Notes: generated by a model not told the origin, from the letters alone. DNA of 64,000 nucleotides from a bacterium (GCA_037132275.1 JBAXPK010000007.1:518-64517); one strand, 5' to 3'. Counted from the first letter of the stretch, positions 1 through 8,786 are shown. Program-made: numbers and translations.

Positions 1-1
1 C

Positions 2-1873
2 GGCAGCCTGACGGCGGCATCCCTGAGTGTGGCGAGCGGCGCGACTCTGGAATATACGCCCAGTAGCGCCCCGATCACGGTGACGGGCGCCCTGACGTTG
101 AACGGCACGCTGAACATCACGGGCTCGGGCTTCGGTGTCGGCACCTACACGCTCTTCAACTACGGCTCGCTCAGCGGCAGCGGGCTGGTCGTAGGCTCGG
201 TGCCTGATAGTTCTCATCGTTACTCCATCTCGACCAACGCGCCAGGTGAGGTGCAACTCCTTGTCGAGAACACTCCTCCCTCGGTGTCCCTTGTGGCGCC
301 GACCAGCGGGGTGACGTACCTGCGAGGCCAGACGGTGTCACTGGCGGCGACGGCGGCCGATGACGTGTCGGTGGCCGGGGTGACCTTCACTGTAGACGGT
401 GTTCTGGTGGGAACCGACACGGTGGAGCCCTACACGGCGAGCTGGACGGCCACGACGGTGGGCAGCCATGAGCTGACGGCGGTGGCGCAGGACGGAGCCG
501 GGTTGATGAGCACGTCGACGGTGACGGTGACAGTGGCGCAGCCTTCGGTGACGCATGTGGGGGCGACCTACAGCGAGGGGAATGCAAACGGCCATGAATA
601 TGGGGTTGATGCCTTCACCAGTATCCAGGGCGCGATCGAAGCGGTGCAGGCCGGAGGAACGGTCTGGGTGACAAACGGCGTCTACAACACGGGTTCGACG
701 AACCTGAACGGGGTGGAGACGCGTGTGGCGCTGACCAAGGCGGTGACGGTGCGCAGTATCAACGGCGCGGCCGTGACGGTCATCGAGGGCGCGGCGGATA
801 AGTCCGCGACAAACGGCCCGTCGGCCGTTCGGTGCGCCTATGTGGGCGGCGGGGCGTCATTGGTCGGCTTCACGCTGACCAACGGGCATACCCGTGAGCT
901 GCCGACAGGGAGTTACACCCCCGCGTGGGACTTACAGGTTTTCGGTGGCGGTATCTTCGCCGAGGCGGGCGGACTGGTTTCGGATTGCCTCATCAAGGGC
1001 AACACGGCGAGCCTGGGTGGTGGCGGCGCGGCGGTCGAAAGCGCGGCGACGCTGCGCGACTGTGTGGTGGTCGGCAATAGTTCGCCCTACGGCGGCGGTG
1101 TGGCGGCGCTGACCACGGCTATGGTGGAGAGTTGCACGCTGAGCGACAACAGCGCGAGCACGCAAGCTGGCGGGTTGTATGCCGACCATGCGGTCGTGCG
1201 CAACACGATCATATGGAGCAACACGGCGCCGACGTCGGCTGAGTACTTCCGCAGCGCTGGCACGTTCCTTCGGAACTGCGCCAAGCCGCTGCCCGTGGGC
1301 ACGGGGAATATCGCGGTGGCTCCGCAGTTCATCGGTCAGGCGTGGGGCAACTACGCGCTGGCGGGAACCTCGCCGTGTATTGACGCGGGGACGAACCAGT
1401 CGTGGATGACCGGCGCGAAGGATGTGAACGGCCAGACCCGCCTGCAGGACGGTAATGGCGATGGCAAGACGATCGTGGATATCGGCGCCTATGAGTTTGG
1501 TGCGGCGCCGAGGCTGGTGATCACGGCCAATGGGTTCAACGCGCCGTTGACGGTGGCGGCAGGCGAGCGGGTCCAGGTGGCGATCACGGTGAACAAGGGG
1601 GCGGGCGTGCCGAACAAGGACTGGTGGCTGTTGCAGGAGACTCCGGATGCCAATTGGCAGTACTACGACACGGCATCAGGTCTCTGGAAGACGGGCATCA
1701 AGGTCACCTACAAGGGGCCGTTTGCCTCGATGGGCGTGACGCCGATGCTTGAGAGCACGACGCTGCCGGTGGGGACGAACCTGTTCTACTTCGGCGTGGA
1801 CTCCAGGATGGACGGGATCCTGCAGCCAGACAAGCTGATCTACGACAGCGTCCAGGTCATTGTGACGCCGTAA
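2..1873 (+). CDS. Secreted right-handed parallel beta-helix protein with a Big-like domain, 5'-truncated at the window edge
   Basis: Frame is open from base 2, and the reported 29..1873 ORF starts at a GTG, so the gene continues upstream. Gly/Asn/Ser-rich repeats such as GGGIFAEAGG...NTASLGGGGAAV...NSASTQAGG are typical of pectate-lyase-like beta-helices. A Big-like segment is present (VSLVAPTSGVTY...SVAGVTFTVDG). The C-terminal ~100 aa are shared with ORF 20903..22987. Confidence 0.55.
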   Translation, partial: GSLTAASLSVASGATLEYTPSSAPITVTGALTLNGTLNITGSGFGVGTYTLFNYGSLSGSGLVVGSVPDSSHRYSISTNAPGEVQLLVENTPPSVSLVAPTSGVTYLRGQTVSLAATAADDVSVAGVTFTVDGVLVGTDTVEPYTASWTATTVGSHELTAVAQDGAGLMSTSTVTVTVAQPSVTHVGATYSEGNANGHEYGVDAFTSIQGAIEAVQAGGTVWVTNGVYNTGSTNLNGVETRVALTKAVTVRSINGAAVTVIEGAADKSATNGPSAVRCAYVGGGASLVGFTLTNGHTRELPTGSYTPAWDLQVFGGGIFAEAGGLVSDCLIKGNTASLGGGGAAVESAATLRDCVVVGNSSPYGGGVAALTTAMVESCTLSDNSASTQAGGLYADHAVVRNTIIWSNTAPTSAEYFRSAGTFLRNCAKPLPVGTGNIAVAPQFIGQAWGNYALAGTSPCIDAGTNQSWMTGAKDVNGQTRLQDGNGDGKTIVDIGAYEFGAAPRLVITANGFNAPLTVAAGERVQVAITVNKGAGVPNKDWWLLQETPDANWQYYDTASGLWKTGIKVTYKGPFASMGVTPMLESTTLPVGTNLFYFGVDSRMDGILQPDKLIYDSVQVIVTP

Positions 1874-1900
1874 GCAGGAATGATGTTGGTTAGTGGTTCT

Positions 1901-1940
1901 GAACCCGGAGACAACGAGTGTTGTCTCCGGGTTCTCTTTA
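1901..1940 (+). terminator. Rho-independent terminator
   Basis: Perfect 15-bp inverted repeat GAACCCGGAGACAAC / GTTGTCTCCGGGTTC (1901-1915 and 1920-1934) with a 4-nt loop, followed by TCTTT. It lies 28 nt after the stop of the upstream CDS. Confidence 0.7.
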
Positions 1941-2055
1941 AGCGAAGCCCTTGCGCAAAAGCGCCACGCAAAGGTGTAACCACTCCCTAATCCCTGACTA
2001 ACATTTCGGATTCATAGTCAATTCCATTTGTTCAAGGCGTTGACACTGTGCGAAA

Positions 2056-3438
2056 TTGAAATTTATGAGCCAGACAAACAACAACGAAACAGAAGAGAAA
2101 CGGTTCTCCAAATGGCATACTGCCAGTGCGTGCCTCGGCTTGTGTTTCTTTTGCCTGGTATGGGGGGGGATATCCGTCCAGCATGGGTTTTTCCCTGGGT
2201 ATTTGCTTCGCAACGCCTATGAGGGGGCCAAAGCGGCAAGGGCTAGCTTGCACTATTGGCACATGCGATATAGCGACGACCTCTGGTCGACAAACCGGTT
2301 TTCGCGTAGTGGTGTCACGATTCATGACCCGGCCAGGACGTTTGAGGGCTACACCTTGTATACGTCCGGACACAGTCAGGCAGCGGTGCTGATGGATATG
2401 GGCGGGAAGGTTGTCCATGAATGGAAACTGCCCTATGACCAAATATGGGATTCGTCCGGCGAGGTGAAATATCCCCGCCCTCCCCACCAGGTCTTCTGGT
2501 TCAAGGCGAAGGTCTTTCCGAATGGCGATCTTATGGCCGTTGTGGAAGGAAATGGGGGCACACCCTGGGGCCAGGGAATCATCAAGATAGACCGCGATTC
2601 CCGCCTCATCTGGAAGTACCTGGGCTGTGCGCATCACGACTTCAGCATCGGCGACGACGGACGCGTCTACGGGTTGACGCATGCCATCCGTGAGGAACCC
2701 CTAACTAACCTGCCGCTGAGCTATCCCTGCCTGGAAGATTTTGTCGTGGTGCTGTCGCCGGACGGCAAAAAGGAGCAGCAGGTCTCGATGTTCGAAGCCC
2801 TCGCCAATTCGCGTTACAGGCGGGCTCTGGAAGCGGCGCCGAAAACCCCCTACGGGGAATATCTCCATTGCAACGCGGTTCGCGTGGTTGACAAACAGAT
2901 CGTGCGGAATTTCCCCTTTGCGCATGAGGGGCAGGTATTTGTTTCGATCCGTGAATTCAGCGCCGTGGTGCTTGTTGATCTCAGTAAGCGTTCGGTCGTG
3001 AACGCGCTGATTGGTTCATGGAGGTATCAGCATGATCCGGACTTTCTGGATAACGGCCACGTCATGCTCTTCGATAACTATGGCAACATGGAGGATGGGG
3101 GGATTTCGCGTGTCATCGAGTTTGATCCCCTGACCGGCGGCGTGGTGTGGTCTTACCATGGTACGGATGCCAACCCCCTGAGCAGCGAGAAGCGGTCGAA
3201 CGCCCAGCGGCTGCCCAATGGGAACACGCTCATCACGGAATCGGATTCAGGAAGACTCCTCGAAGTGACGACCCAAGGTGACGTGGTCTGGGAATTCATC
3301 AATCCCGTCAGGGGTGGAAAGAAAGGGGAGCTCATCCCGGTCATCAGCACCGGCGAGCGCATCGCGCCGGAAAGCCTCGATCCGTCGTTCCGCGACACTC
3401 TTGCTTCAAAACAAACTCAAACGAAAGGCTCACCGTGA
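2056..3438 (+). CDS. Arylsulfotransferase (ASST)-like beta-propeller protein with an N-terminal transmembrane anchor
   Basis: The ORF opens at TTG 2056; the first ATG is at 2065 (MSQTNNN...). An N-terminal hydrophobic segment is present (ACLGLCFFCLVWGGISV). Repeated propeller-like blocks with HHDF, NGHVMLFDNYGN and NGNTLITESDSGRLLEVTTQGDVVWEF are reminiscent of the Arylsulfotran_2/ASST families. It is the first gene of a sulfation operon. Confidence 0.45.
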   Translation: MKFMSQTNNNETEEKRFSKWHTASACLGLCFFCLVWGGISVQHGFFPGYLLRNAYEGAKAARASLHYWHMRYSDDLWSTNRFSRSGVTIHDPARTFEGYTLYTSGHSQAAVLMDMGGKVVHEWKLPYDQIWDSSGEVKYPRPPHQVFWFKAKVFPNGDLMAVVEGNGGTPWGQGIIKIDRDSRLIWKYLGCAHHDFSIGDDGRVYGLTHAIREEPLTNLPLSYPCLEDFVVVLSPDGKKEQQVSMFEALANSRYRRALEAAPKTPYGEYLHCNAVRVVDKQIVRNFPFAHEGQVFVSIREFSAVVLVDLSKRSVVNALIGSWRYQHDPDFLDNGHVMLFDNYGNMEDGGISRVIEFDPLTGGVVWSYHGTDANPLSSEKRSNAQRLPNGNTLITESDSGRLLEVTTQGDVVWEFINPVRGGKKGELIPVISTGERIAPESLDPSFRDTLASKQTQTKGSP

Positions 3439-3446
3439 ATACACGC

Positions 3447-3695
3447 ATGACCGTATTTTTGTTAGCCATTGTAAGTCTCTTTGGCATTGTGCCTTCGGCC
3501 ATGGCTTATGTCGGACCCGGTGCGGGACTGACGCTGGTCGGATCGTTTATCGGGCTTTGCCTCACCCTGTTGGTGGCTTTGTGGGCTGTCCTTTCGTGGC
3601 CGATTCGCAGACTGCTTAAGCGCAGGGGACGGGGCGCTTCAGGTGGAGAAAAGGCTCCTGAGATGGATCACACACATGACAGCCCCTCTTCTTGA
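3447..3695 (+). CDS. Small hydrophobic membrane protein (2 predicted transmembrane segments)
   Basis: ATG at 3447 lies 9 nt after the ASST-like stop. The sequence MTVFLLAIVSLFGIVPSAMAYVGPGAGLTLVGSFIGLCLTLLVALWAVLSW is strongly hydrophobic with a basic tail. No homolog recognised. Confidence 0.35.
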   Translation: MTVFLLAIVSLFGIVPSAMAYVGPGAGLTLVGSFIGLCLTLLVALWAVLSWPIRRLLKRRGRGASGGEKAPEMDHTHDSPSS

Positions 3696-4131
3696 CCTGA
3701 TTGACACGCGTTTGCTGGGATTCCTGCCTGACTTGGCTAAAATCGCGGTGTGGGCCGTGCTGTGCAGCATCATCTCCATGGCACTCTACCGGTGGCTTTC
3801 CCCGCAGAAGCGGCTGGCGGCGGCCAAAGATGACGCCAACCGGACGCGCCTGACGCTTTCCCGCTACGATGGTCCAGGGGACGGGTTGCCCCCGCTCATC
3901 AGGGCATCGTTACTCGCGGCACTCCGGCATATGGGTTTGTGTTTGGGGCCCGCTCTTGTGTCTTCAATTCCCGTGATCGCCATATTCCTATGGATGAACG
4001 CCGTCTACGGCACACCGGCGCGGGACACCCTGTCATTCGGCCCGTCCTGGTTCAGGGCATGGTATGTGCCGTTCAGTGTCGTCATGCTGGCGGCATCACT
4101 GACGATCAAGAAGGTGTGGCGCATTGTGTAG
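3676..4131 (+). CDS. Hypothetical membrane protein
   Basis: Internal ATG (MTAPLLDL...) of ORF 3643..4131 was chosen to minimise overlap. Hydrophobic segments AKIAVWAVLCSIISMALY, SIPVIAIFLWMNAVY and FSVVMLAASLTI are present. No homolog recognised. Confidence 0.35.
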   Translation: MTAPLLDLIDTRLLGFLPDLAKIAVWAVLCSIISMALYRWLSPQKRLAAAKDDANRTRLTLSRYDGPGDGLPPLIRASLLAALRHMGLCLGPALVSSIPVIAIFLWMNAVYGTPARDTLSFGPSWFRAWYVPFSVVMLAASLTIKKVWRIV

Positions 4132-4155
4132 GCGGGGTCTGCTGGAGTAAGGTTC

Positions 4156-5280
4156 ATGGACAAAACAACACAAGAGAGTTCGGACTTTCAGGTTGACTGG
4201 TTGACAAACCGATTGAGCCAATGGGTCTGGAAGTCGCCGGGGCGTGCTGTTCGGCTGGGGAACCATGAGAGCCGGTGGTTTGCCGATGAATTACAGTCCT
4301 GCCCGGTTCAGAAGCCGGTGTTCATTGCGGGGTTGGCAAGGTCGGGAACCACGATCCTGCTGGAGTTCATGGCGATGCTAGACGGGGTGGCCACCCATCG
4401 ATACCGTGATTTCCCGCTGGTGCATATGCCTATCTGGTGGAACGAGTTCCTGAACCTCACTCCCCGGAAACGCATGGAGCCCGTCGAAAGGAGCCATCGC
4501 GACGGCATTGTGATCACGCCCGAAAGCCCGGAGGCGATGGAAGAGCCCCTCTGGATGAGTTTCTTTCCGCTGGCCCACGACTCGGCGGTCAGCCAGGTGC
4601 TGAATGCGGCCACGGTGAACCCGGGATTTGAAGCGTTTTTCCAAGACCACTTGCGCAAGATCCTGTTCGTGCGCCAGGGTCGCCGCTATGTGTCGAAGGG
4701 CAATTACAACGTCACGCGGCTCGAGTATCTCCTGCGTCTGTTTCCGGACGCACGGTTTGTGGTGCCGGTGCGGGAACCTGCGGGGCACGTGGCTTCACTC
4801 ATCAAGCAGCACCGCATCTTCGGCGAAAATCTTCGAGGCAATCCGCGTGCGCTTGAGTATCTGCGCCGCGTTGGGCACTTCGAATTCGGGCCGGACAGGC
4901 GGGCGATCAATGTGGGGGACACGGTCCTGGCCCGGGAGATTGAAGCGTTGTGGGCCGCCGGCGAAGAGGTGCGTGGTTGGGCCCGATACTGGGCCTCCAT
5001 CCATGGTTTCCTTGCGGGGCGCATGGAATCGGATCCGCTCTTTCGGAAGGCTGTACGACTGGTTCGGTTTGAGGAACTGTGCGAGCGGCCGGCCGCTGAA
5101 CTCAGGAAGATCGCGGAGCATGGTGAGTTTACAGATGCCGCGCGAGGCGCGGACTCTTTCGCGGAACGAATTCGGTTCCCTCGGTACTACGCGCCTTCGT
5201 TCAGTGAAGCCGACGGGATGGCCATTAAGGACGAAACGGCGTCCGTGTTCATGCGACTCATGCGTCTCCAACAACAATGA
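4156..5280 (+). CDS. PAPS-dependent sulfotransferase
   Basis: Carries the 5'-PSB-type P-loop of sulfotransferases (FIAGLARSGTTILLEFM). Size (374 aa) and downstream helical regions fit the sulfotransferase fold. It sits directly upstream of pstS-like and the PAPS-synthesis genes. Confidence 0.6.
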   Translation: MDKTTQESSDFQVDWLTNRLSQWVWKSPGRAVRLGNHESRWFADELQSCPVQKPVFIAGLARSGTTILLEFMAMLDGVATHRYRDFPLVHMPIWWNEFLNLTPRKRMEPVERSHRDGIVITPESPEAMEEPLWMSFFPLAHDSAVSQVLNAATVNPGFEAFFQDHLRKILFVRQGRRYVSKGNYNVTRLEYLLRLFPDARFVVPVREPAGHVASLIKQHRIFGENLRGNPRALEYLRRVGHFEFGPDRRAINVGDTVLAREIEALWAAGEEVRGWARYWASIHGFLAGRMESDPLFRKAVRLVRFEELCERPAAELRKIAEHGEFTDAARGADSFAERIRFPRYYAPSFSEADGMAIKDETASVFMRLMRLQQQ

Positions 5281-5293
5281 AAGGGCTCGTATT

Positions 5294-6244
5294 ATGAAGA
5301 ACAGGCAGTTTTATAATGGGATGTCGGTATTACTTGCCGTGGTTTCGCTTCTGGGCGCAGGCTGCGGTAAGCGGCAGACTGCGCCGGAGGCCCGGATCAC
5401 GGTTTCGGGTGCCTGGGCGCTTTACCCGATGATGGTGAAATGGGCGGAAGAATATAGGAAGTCACATCCCGGGATTCAGATCGATATTTCTGCAGGCGGA
5501 GCCGGAAAAGGGATGACGGATGCCTTATCAGGCGCCGCCGATATCGGCATGGTTTCACGGGATATCAATCCCTCCGAAGCGGGTAAGGGGGCATGGTGGG
5601 TGGCGGTGGTCAAGGATGCCGTGATTCCCGTCATGAATGCCTCAAACCCGAACGGCGGCATCCTCGCCAAACGGGGTCTCAAGAAAGAGGAATTTACCGC
5701 CATCTTTGTGAAGGGAAATGTTCAGGATTGGAGTTTTGCGGGCGGCACACCAACTCCGCTTCATGTTTATACTCGATCAGACGCCTGCGGCGCAGCGGAA
5801 ACCTGGGCCAAGTATCTTGGCGCCAAGCAGGAAGACTTGAAGGGAACCGCCGTTTACGGGGATCCCGGCGTGGCCGAAGCCGTGCGCAAAGACGTGTCAG
5901 GCATCGGGTTCAATAATCTGATTTTCGCCTATGACATCAAGAGCGGTCAACCCCTTCCGGGTATATGCGTCATCCCCATCGACAGCAATGGGAACGGCGC
6001 CGTGGATCCCGGGGAGGATTTCTATGGGACCCACAAGGCGGTCATGCAGGCAATTGCTACGGGGCGTTATCCCTCCCCGCCAGCCCGTGATCTGAATCTG
6101 GTGCATCATGGGCCCCCCCCGTCCGGACCTGTTGCCGATTTTATCAAGTGGGTGCTTGCGGAGGGGCAAGCGTTTGTATCCGAAGCCGGCTATATCGCCC
6201 TGCCCGCTGAAATCCTCAACAGCCAGAAGGCAAAGCTGAAATAG
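5294..6244 (+). CDS. pstS: PstS-family periplasmic oxyanion-binding lipoprotein (phosphate-binding protein homolog)
   Basis: Signal peptide plus lipobox (LLAVVSLLGAGCGK). Alignable to E. coli PstS: SGAWALYPMMVKWAEEY against TGAGATFPAPVYAKWADTY, and SAGGAGKGMTDALSGAADIGMVSRD against [22 protein letters not shown]. Contains a C8 tract at 6113-6120. Confidence 0.65.
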   Translation: MKNRQFYNGMSVLLAVVSLLGAGCGKRQTAPEARITVSGAWALYPMMVKWAEEYRKSHPGIQIDISAGGAGKGMTDALSGAADIGMVSRDINPSEAGKGAWWVAVVKDAVIPVMNASNPNGGILAKRGLKKEEFTAIFVKGNVQDWSFAGGTPTPLHVYTRSDACGAAETWAKYLGAKQEDLKGTAVYGDPGVAEAVRKDVSGIGFNNLIFAYDIKSGQPLPGICVIPIDSNGNGAVDPGEDFYGTHKAVMQAIATGRYPSPPARDLNLVHHGPPPSGPVADFIKWVLAEGQAFVSEAGYIALPAEILNSQKAKLK

Positions 6245-6247
6245 GCC

Positions 6248-7150
6248 ATGGATCGTGATTCCATACGACAGGGACTGGATTGCTGGGGCCGCCGAGGCAT
6301 GGTTGCGACGGTGGCGATGTGCATTTTACTCCTACTGCTTATGGCGATGGGCCTGCTGTGGAAATCCTGGCCCATTCTTAGCTCACATTCACTGGCAGGC
6401 CTGTTTCTTTCCAGCGTCTGGAAACCCCATGGAGGGCAGTTCGGATTTCTGGCCTTCATTCTGGGTTCCTTATGCATTACCGGAGTAGCGGTGCTGCTGG
6501 CCGCGCCGGTTTCGTTGTTAACGTCCATCTATCTGTCCGAATATGCCGGACGCCGGATCCGGGCGTTGATGTCGCCCCTGATCGATCTCCTGGCGGGCAT
6601 TCCCTCGGTGGTTTACGGGGTGTGGGGAGTGCTGGTGGTCGTTCCCCTGGTGAAAGATCATCTAGCGCCGGTATTCGGCCGATATTCATCCGGGTATTGC
6701 GTTCTTTCCGCCGGGGTGGTGCTGGCCATCATGATTTTGCCTGTCGTCATTCATGTGGGCCTGGATGTGTTGAAGTCCGTTCCCCAGGGGTTGCGCGAGG
6801 CCTCCCTGTCACTGGGCGCGAATCGGTGGGAAACGGTGAAGCATGTAGTATTGCGGCGTGCGGCGCCGGGCCTGTTGGCCGCCAATGTTTTAGGCGTGTC
6901 GCGGGCCTTTGGCGAGACGATGGCCGTTCTCATGGTGGCGGGGAACGTCGCCGTGACTCCGAAATCCGCATTCGATCCCGCCTACCCGCTACCCGCGCTC
7001 ATTGCCAACAACTACGGCGAGATGATGTCGATCCCGCAGTATGACTCCGCCCTGATGCTGGCGGCGCTCATGCTTTTCGTGGTGGTACTGGGTTTCAATT
7101 TATTGTCGCGCTGGGTTTTTGCCCGTATGGAGTTGCGCATTTCAGGATGA
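6248..7150 (+). CDS. pstC: Pst-type ABC transporter permease (PstC-like)
   Basis: Six-TM permease with the EAA-like loop (...LREASLSLGANRWETVKHVVLRRAAPGL...), positioned between pstS and pstA homologs. Confidence 0.65.
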   Translation: MDRDSIRQGLDCWGRRGMVATVAMCILLLLLMAMGLLWKSWPILSSHSLAGLFLSSVWKPHGGQFGFLAFILGSLCITGVAVLLAAPVSLLTSIYLSEYAGRRIRALMSPLIDLLAGIPSVVYGVWGVLVVVPLVKDHLAPVFGRYSSGYCVLSAGVVLAIMILPVVIHVGLDVLKSVPQGLREASLSLGANRWETVKHVVLRRAAPGLLAANVLGVSRAFGETMAVLMVAGNVAVTPKSAFDPAYPLPALIANNYGEMMSIPQYDSALMLAALMLFVVVLGFNLLSRWVFARMELRISG

Positions 7151-7154
7151 ACCC

Positions 7155-8003
7155 ATGAGAAAGCAGATTGAAGAAATTGCCGCCAAAATCCTGATGATCG
7201 GAGCCGCCGTGGTGGTGGCCGGGATGGTCGTTTTGATTCTCGGAACCGTGTTATGGCGCGGCCTCCCGGCGTTGAGTTGGGAAATGATCTCGCAGACTCC
7301 GTCCGGCGGTTACTATCTCGGAAAGGGCGGCGGCATTCTCAATGCCATCGTCGGGTCACTTTCGGTGGCCGGTGGCGCAACCCTGCTGTCGCTCGGCCTG
7401 GCTTTGCCAGTGGCGTTGAGCCTGAATGTCTATTTCAAGACCCATTCCCGACTGGCGGGTTGCGTCAGGGGCTCGTTGGATGTGCTGTGGGGTGTGCCCT
7501 CCATTGTCTATGGCGCCTTCGGGTTTGCGTTTATGCTTTGGCTCGGACTCCGCGCTTCCCTCCTGGGGGGGATTATCACCGTGGCTTTGATGATCCTCCC
7601 CATCATGATCCGGGCCATGGATGAAGTGATTCACATGGTTCCGCACGAGATGCTGGAAGCCTCCGATGCCCTGGGTGCCACCCGGTGGGAGGGCGCCTGG
7701 AAGGTAATCCTCCGGCAGGCGCTTCCCGGACTTGCCAGCGCGGCGCTGATCGCCTTCGGGCGGGGGATCGGGGATGCCGCCTCTGTTCTTTTCACGGCGG
7801 GATTTTCGGACCGGATTCCGATGTCACTTGCGGATCCTGCTGCGACCCTGCCGCTGGCCATATTCTTCCAGTTGGGTACCCCGTTCCCGGAGGTTCAGCA
7901 ACGGGGCTATGCTGCGGCGCTGATATTAACGGCCATCGTGCTGACGGCCAGCGCTCTGGCGCGTCTGGTCAGCCATCGGGCGGGACGGTTTGTAATTCGA
8001 TGA
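7155..8003 (+). CDS. pstA: Pst-type ABC transporter permease (PstA-like)
   Basis: ATG at 7155 lies 4 nt after the pstC stop; the longer 7119 start would overlap. TM-rich sequence with the EAA motif (EASDALGATRWEGAWKVILRQALPGL). Confidence 0.65.
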   Translation: MRKQIEEIAAKILMIGAAVVVAGMVVLILGTVLWRGLPALSWEMISQTPSGGYYLGKGGGILNAIVGSLSVAGGATLLSLGLALPVALSLNVYFKTHSRLAGCVRGSLDVLWGVPSIVYGAFGFAFMLWLGLRASLLGGIITVALMILPIMIRAMDEVIHMVPHEMLEASDALGATRWEGAWKVILRQALPGLASAALIAFGRGIGDAASVLFTAGFSDRIPMSLADPAATLPLAIFFQLGTPFPEVQQRGYAAALILTAIVLTASALARLVSHRAGRFVIR

Positions 8004-8013
8004 AGGACATACC

Positions 8014-8775
8014 ATGACAGCCAATACCCCTATTGAAGTGAAAGACCTGAATGTGCATTACGGCACGATCCATGCTTTGAAAAATATCCACGTTAGTATC
8101 CCCAATTGCCAGATCACGGCAGTCATCGGCCCCTCGGGGTGCGGTAAGTCTACCTTGTTGCGTTCGTTCAACCGCATGCTCGACACCATGGATGATGTGC
8201 GGGTCACAGGCGGGGTGCTGGTCGACGGTGAGAATATTTTTGCGGCCAATGCGGATGTGCCGCGTCTACGCCGCAAGATGGGACTGCTTTCTCAGCGGCC
8301 GTTTCTCCTGCCTATGTCGATCTATGACAATGTGGCCTACGGGCCGCGCATCCATGGGATCAGCCGCCATTCCGACCTGGATTGCACCGTGGAAAAATAC
8401 CTCCGGATGGCCAACATGTGGGATGAGGTCAAGGATCGTCTTCGCGAGCCCGCTGCAAAGCTGTCGATCGGTCAACAGCAACGGCTCTGCCTGGCGCGGG
8501 GCCTCGCTGTGGAACCCGAGATTATCCTGGCGGACGAGCCCACCTCGGCGCTGGACCCGATTTCAAGCCGTCACATTGAACAACAATTCCGAGAGTTACG
8601 GGCTGACTACACGCTGGTGATGGTGACCCATATTCTTCGGCAGGCCCGTCGCCTGGCCGACTATGTGCTTTTCATGTATCTGGGTGAACTCATCGAGCAC
8701 GGGCCGGCGGCCGAACTGTTTGAGAATCCCCGCGAGGAATTGACGAAGGATTATATCAAGGGAACGATCAGTTAG
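8014..8775 (+). CDS. pstB: Pst-type ABC transporter ATP-binding protein (PstB-like)
   Basis: Near full-length colinearity with E. coli PstB: Walker A AVIGPSGCGKSTLLR, PMSIYDNVAYG, LSIGQQQRLCLARGLA, ILADEPTSALDPIS and LFMYLGELIEHG. Length of 253 aa matches PstB rather than CysA. Confidence 0.8.
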   Translation: MTANTPIEVKDLNVHYGTIHALKNIHVSIPNCQITAVIGPSGCGKSTLLRSFNRMLDTMDDVRVTGGVLVDGENIFAANADVPRLRRKMGLLSQRPFLLPMSIYDNVAYGPRIHGISRHSDLDCTVEKYLRMANMWDEVKDRLREPAAKLSIGQQQRLCLARGLAVEPEIILADEPTSALDPISSRHIEQQFRELRADYTLVMVTHILRQARRLADYVLFMYLGELIEHGPAAELFENPREELTKDYIKGTIS

Positions 8776-8786
8776 GAGGCCAGGCC

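Noticed and set aside
220-595. Three overlapping minus-strand ORFs (220..420, 338..595, 387..587) inside the first CDS
   Set aside because: They lie antisense to a strongly protein-like frame in a roughly 60% GC genome. They are Arg/Pro-rich and low-complexity, typical of spurious high-GC antisense ORFs.
2040-2068. TTGACA-N17-TTATGA sigma70-like promoter in front of the ASST-like gene
   Set aside because: The -35 hexamer is perfect, but the only candidate -10 overlaps the first ATG (2065), which would put the transcription start inside the ORF. This is inconsistent unless the true start is further downstream, so it is not called.
5294-8775. Treating the pst genes simply as the housekeeping phosphate importer
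   Set aside because: Not fully rejected. Homology says Pst, but the operon context (sulfotransferase upstream, cysC/D/N downstream, no phoU) is atypical enough that I flag an alternative substrate instead of accepting the default.
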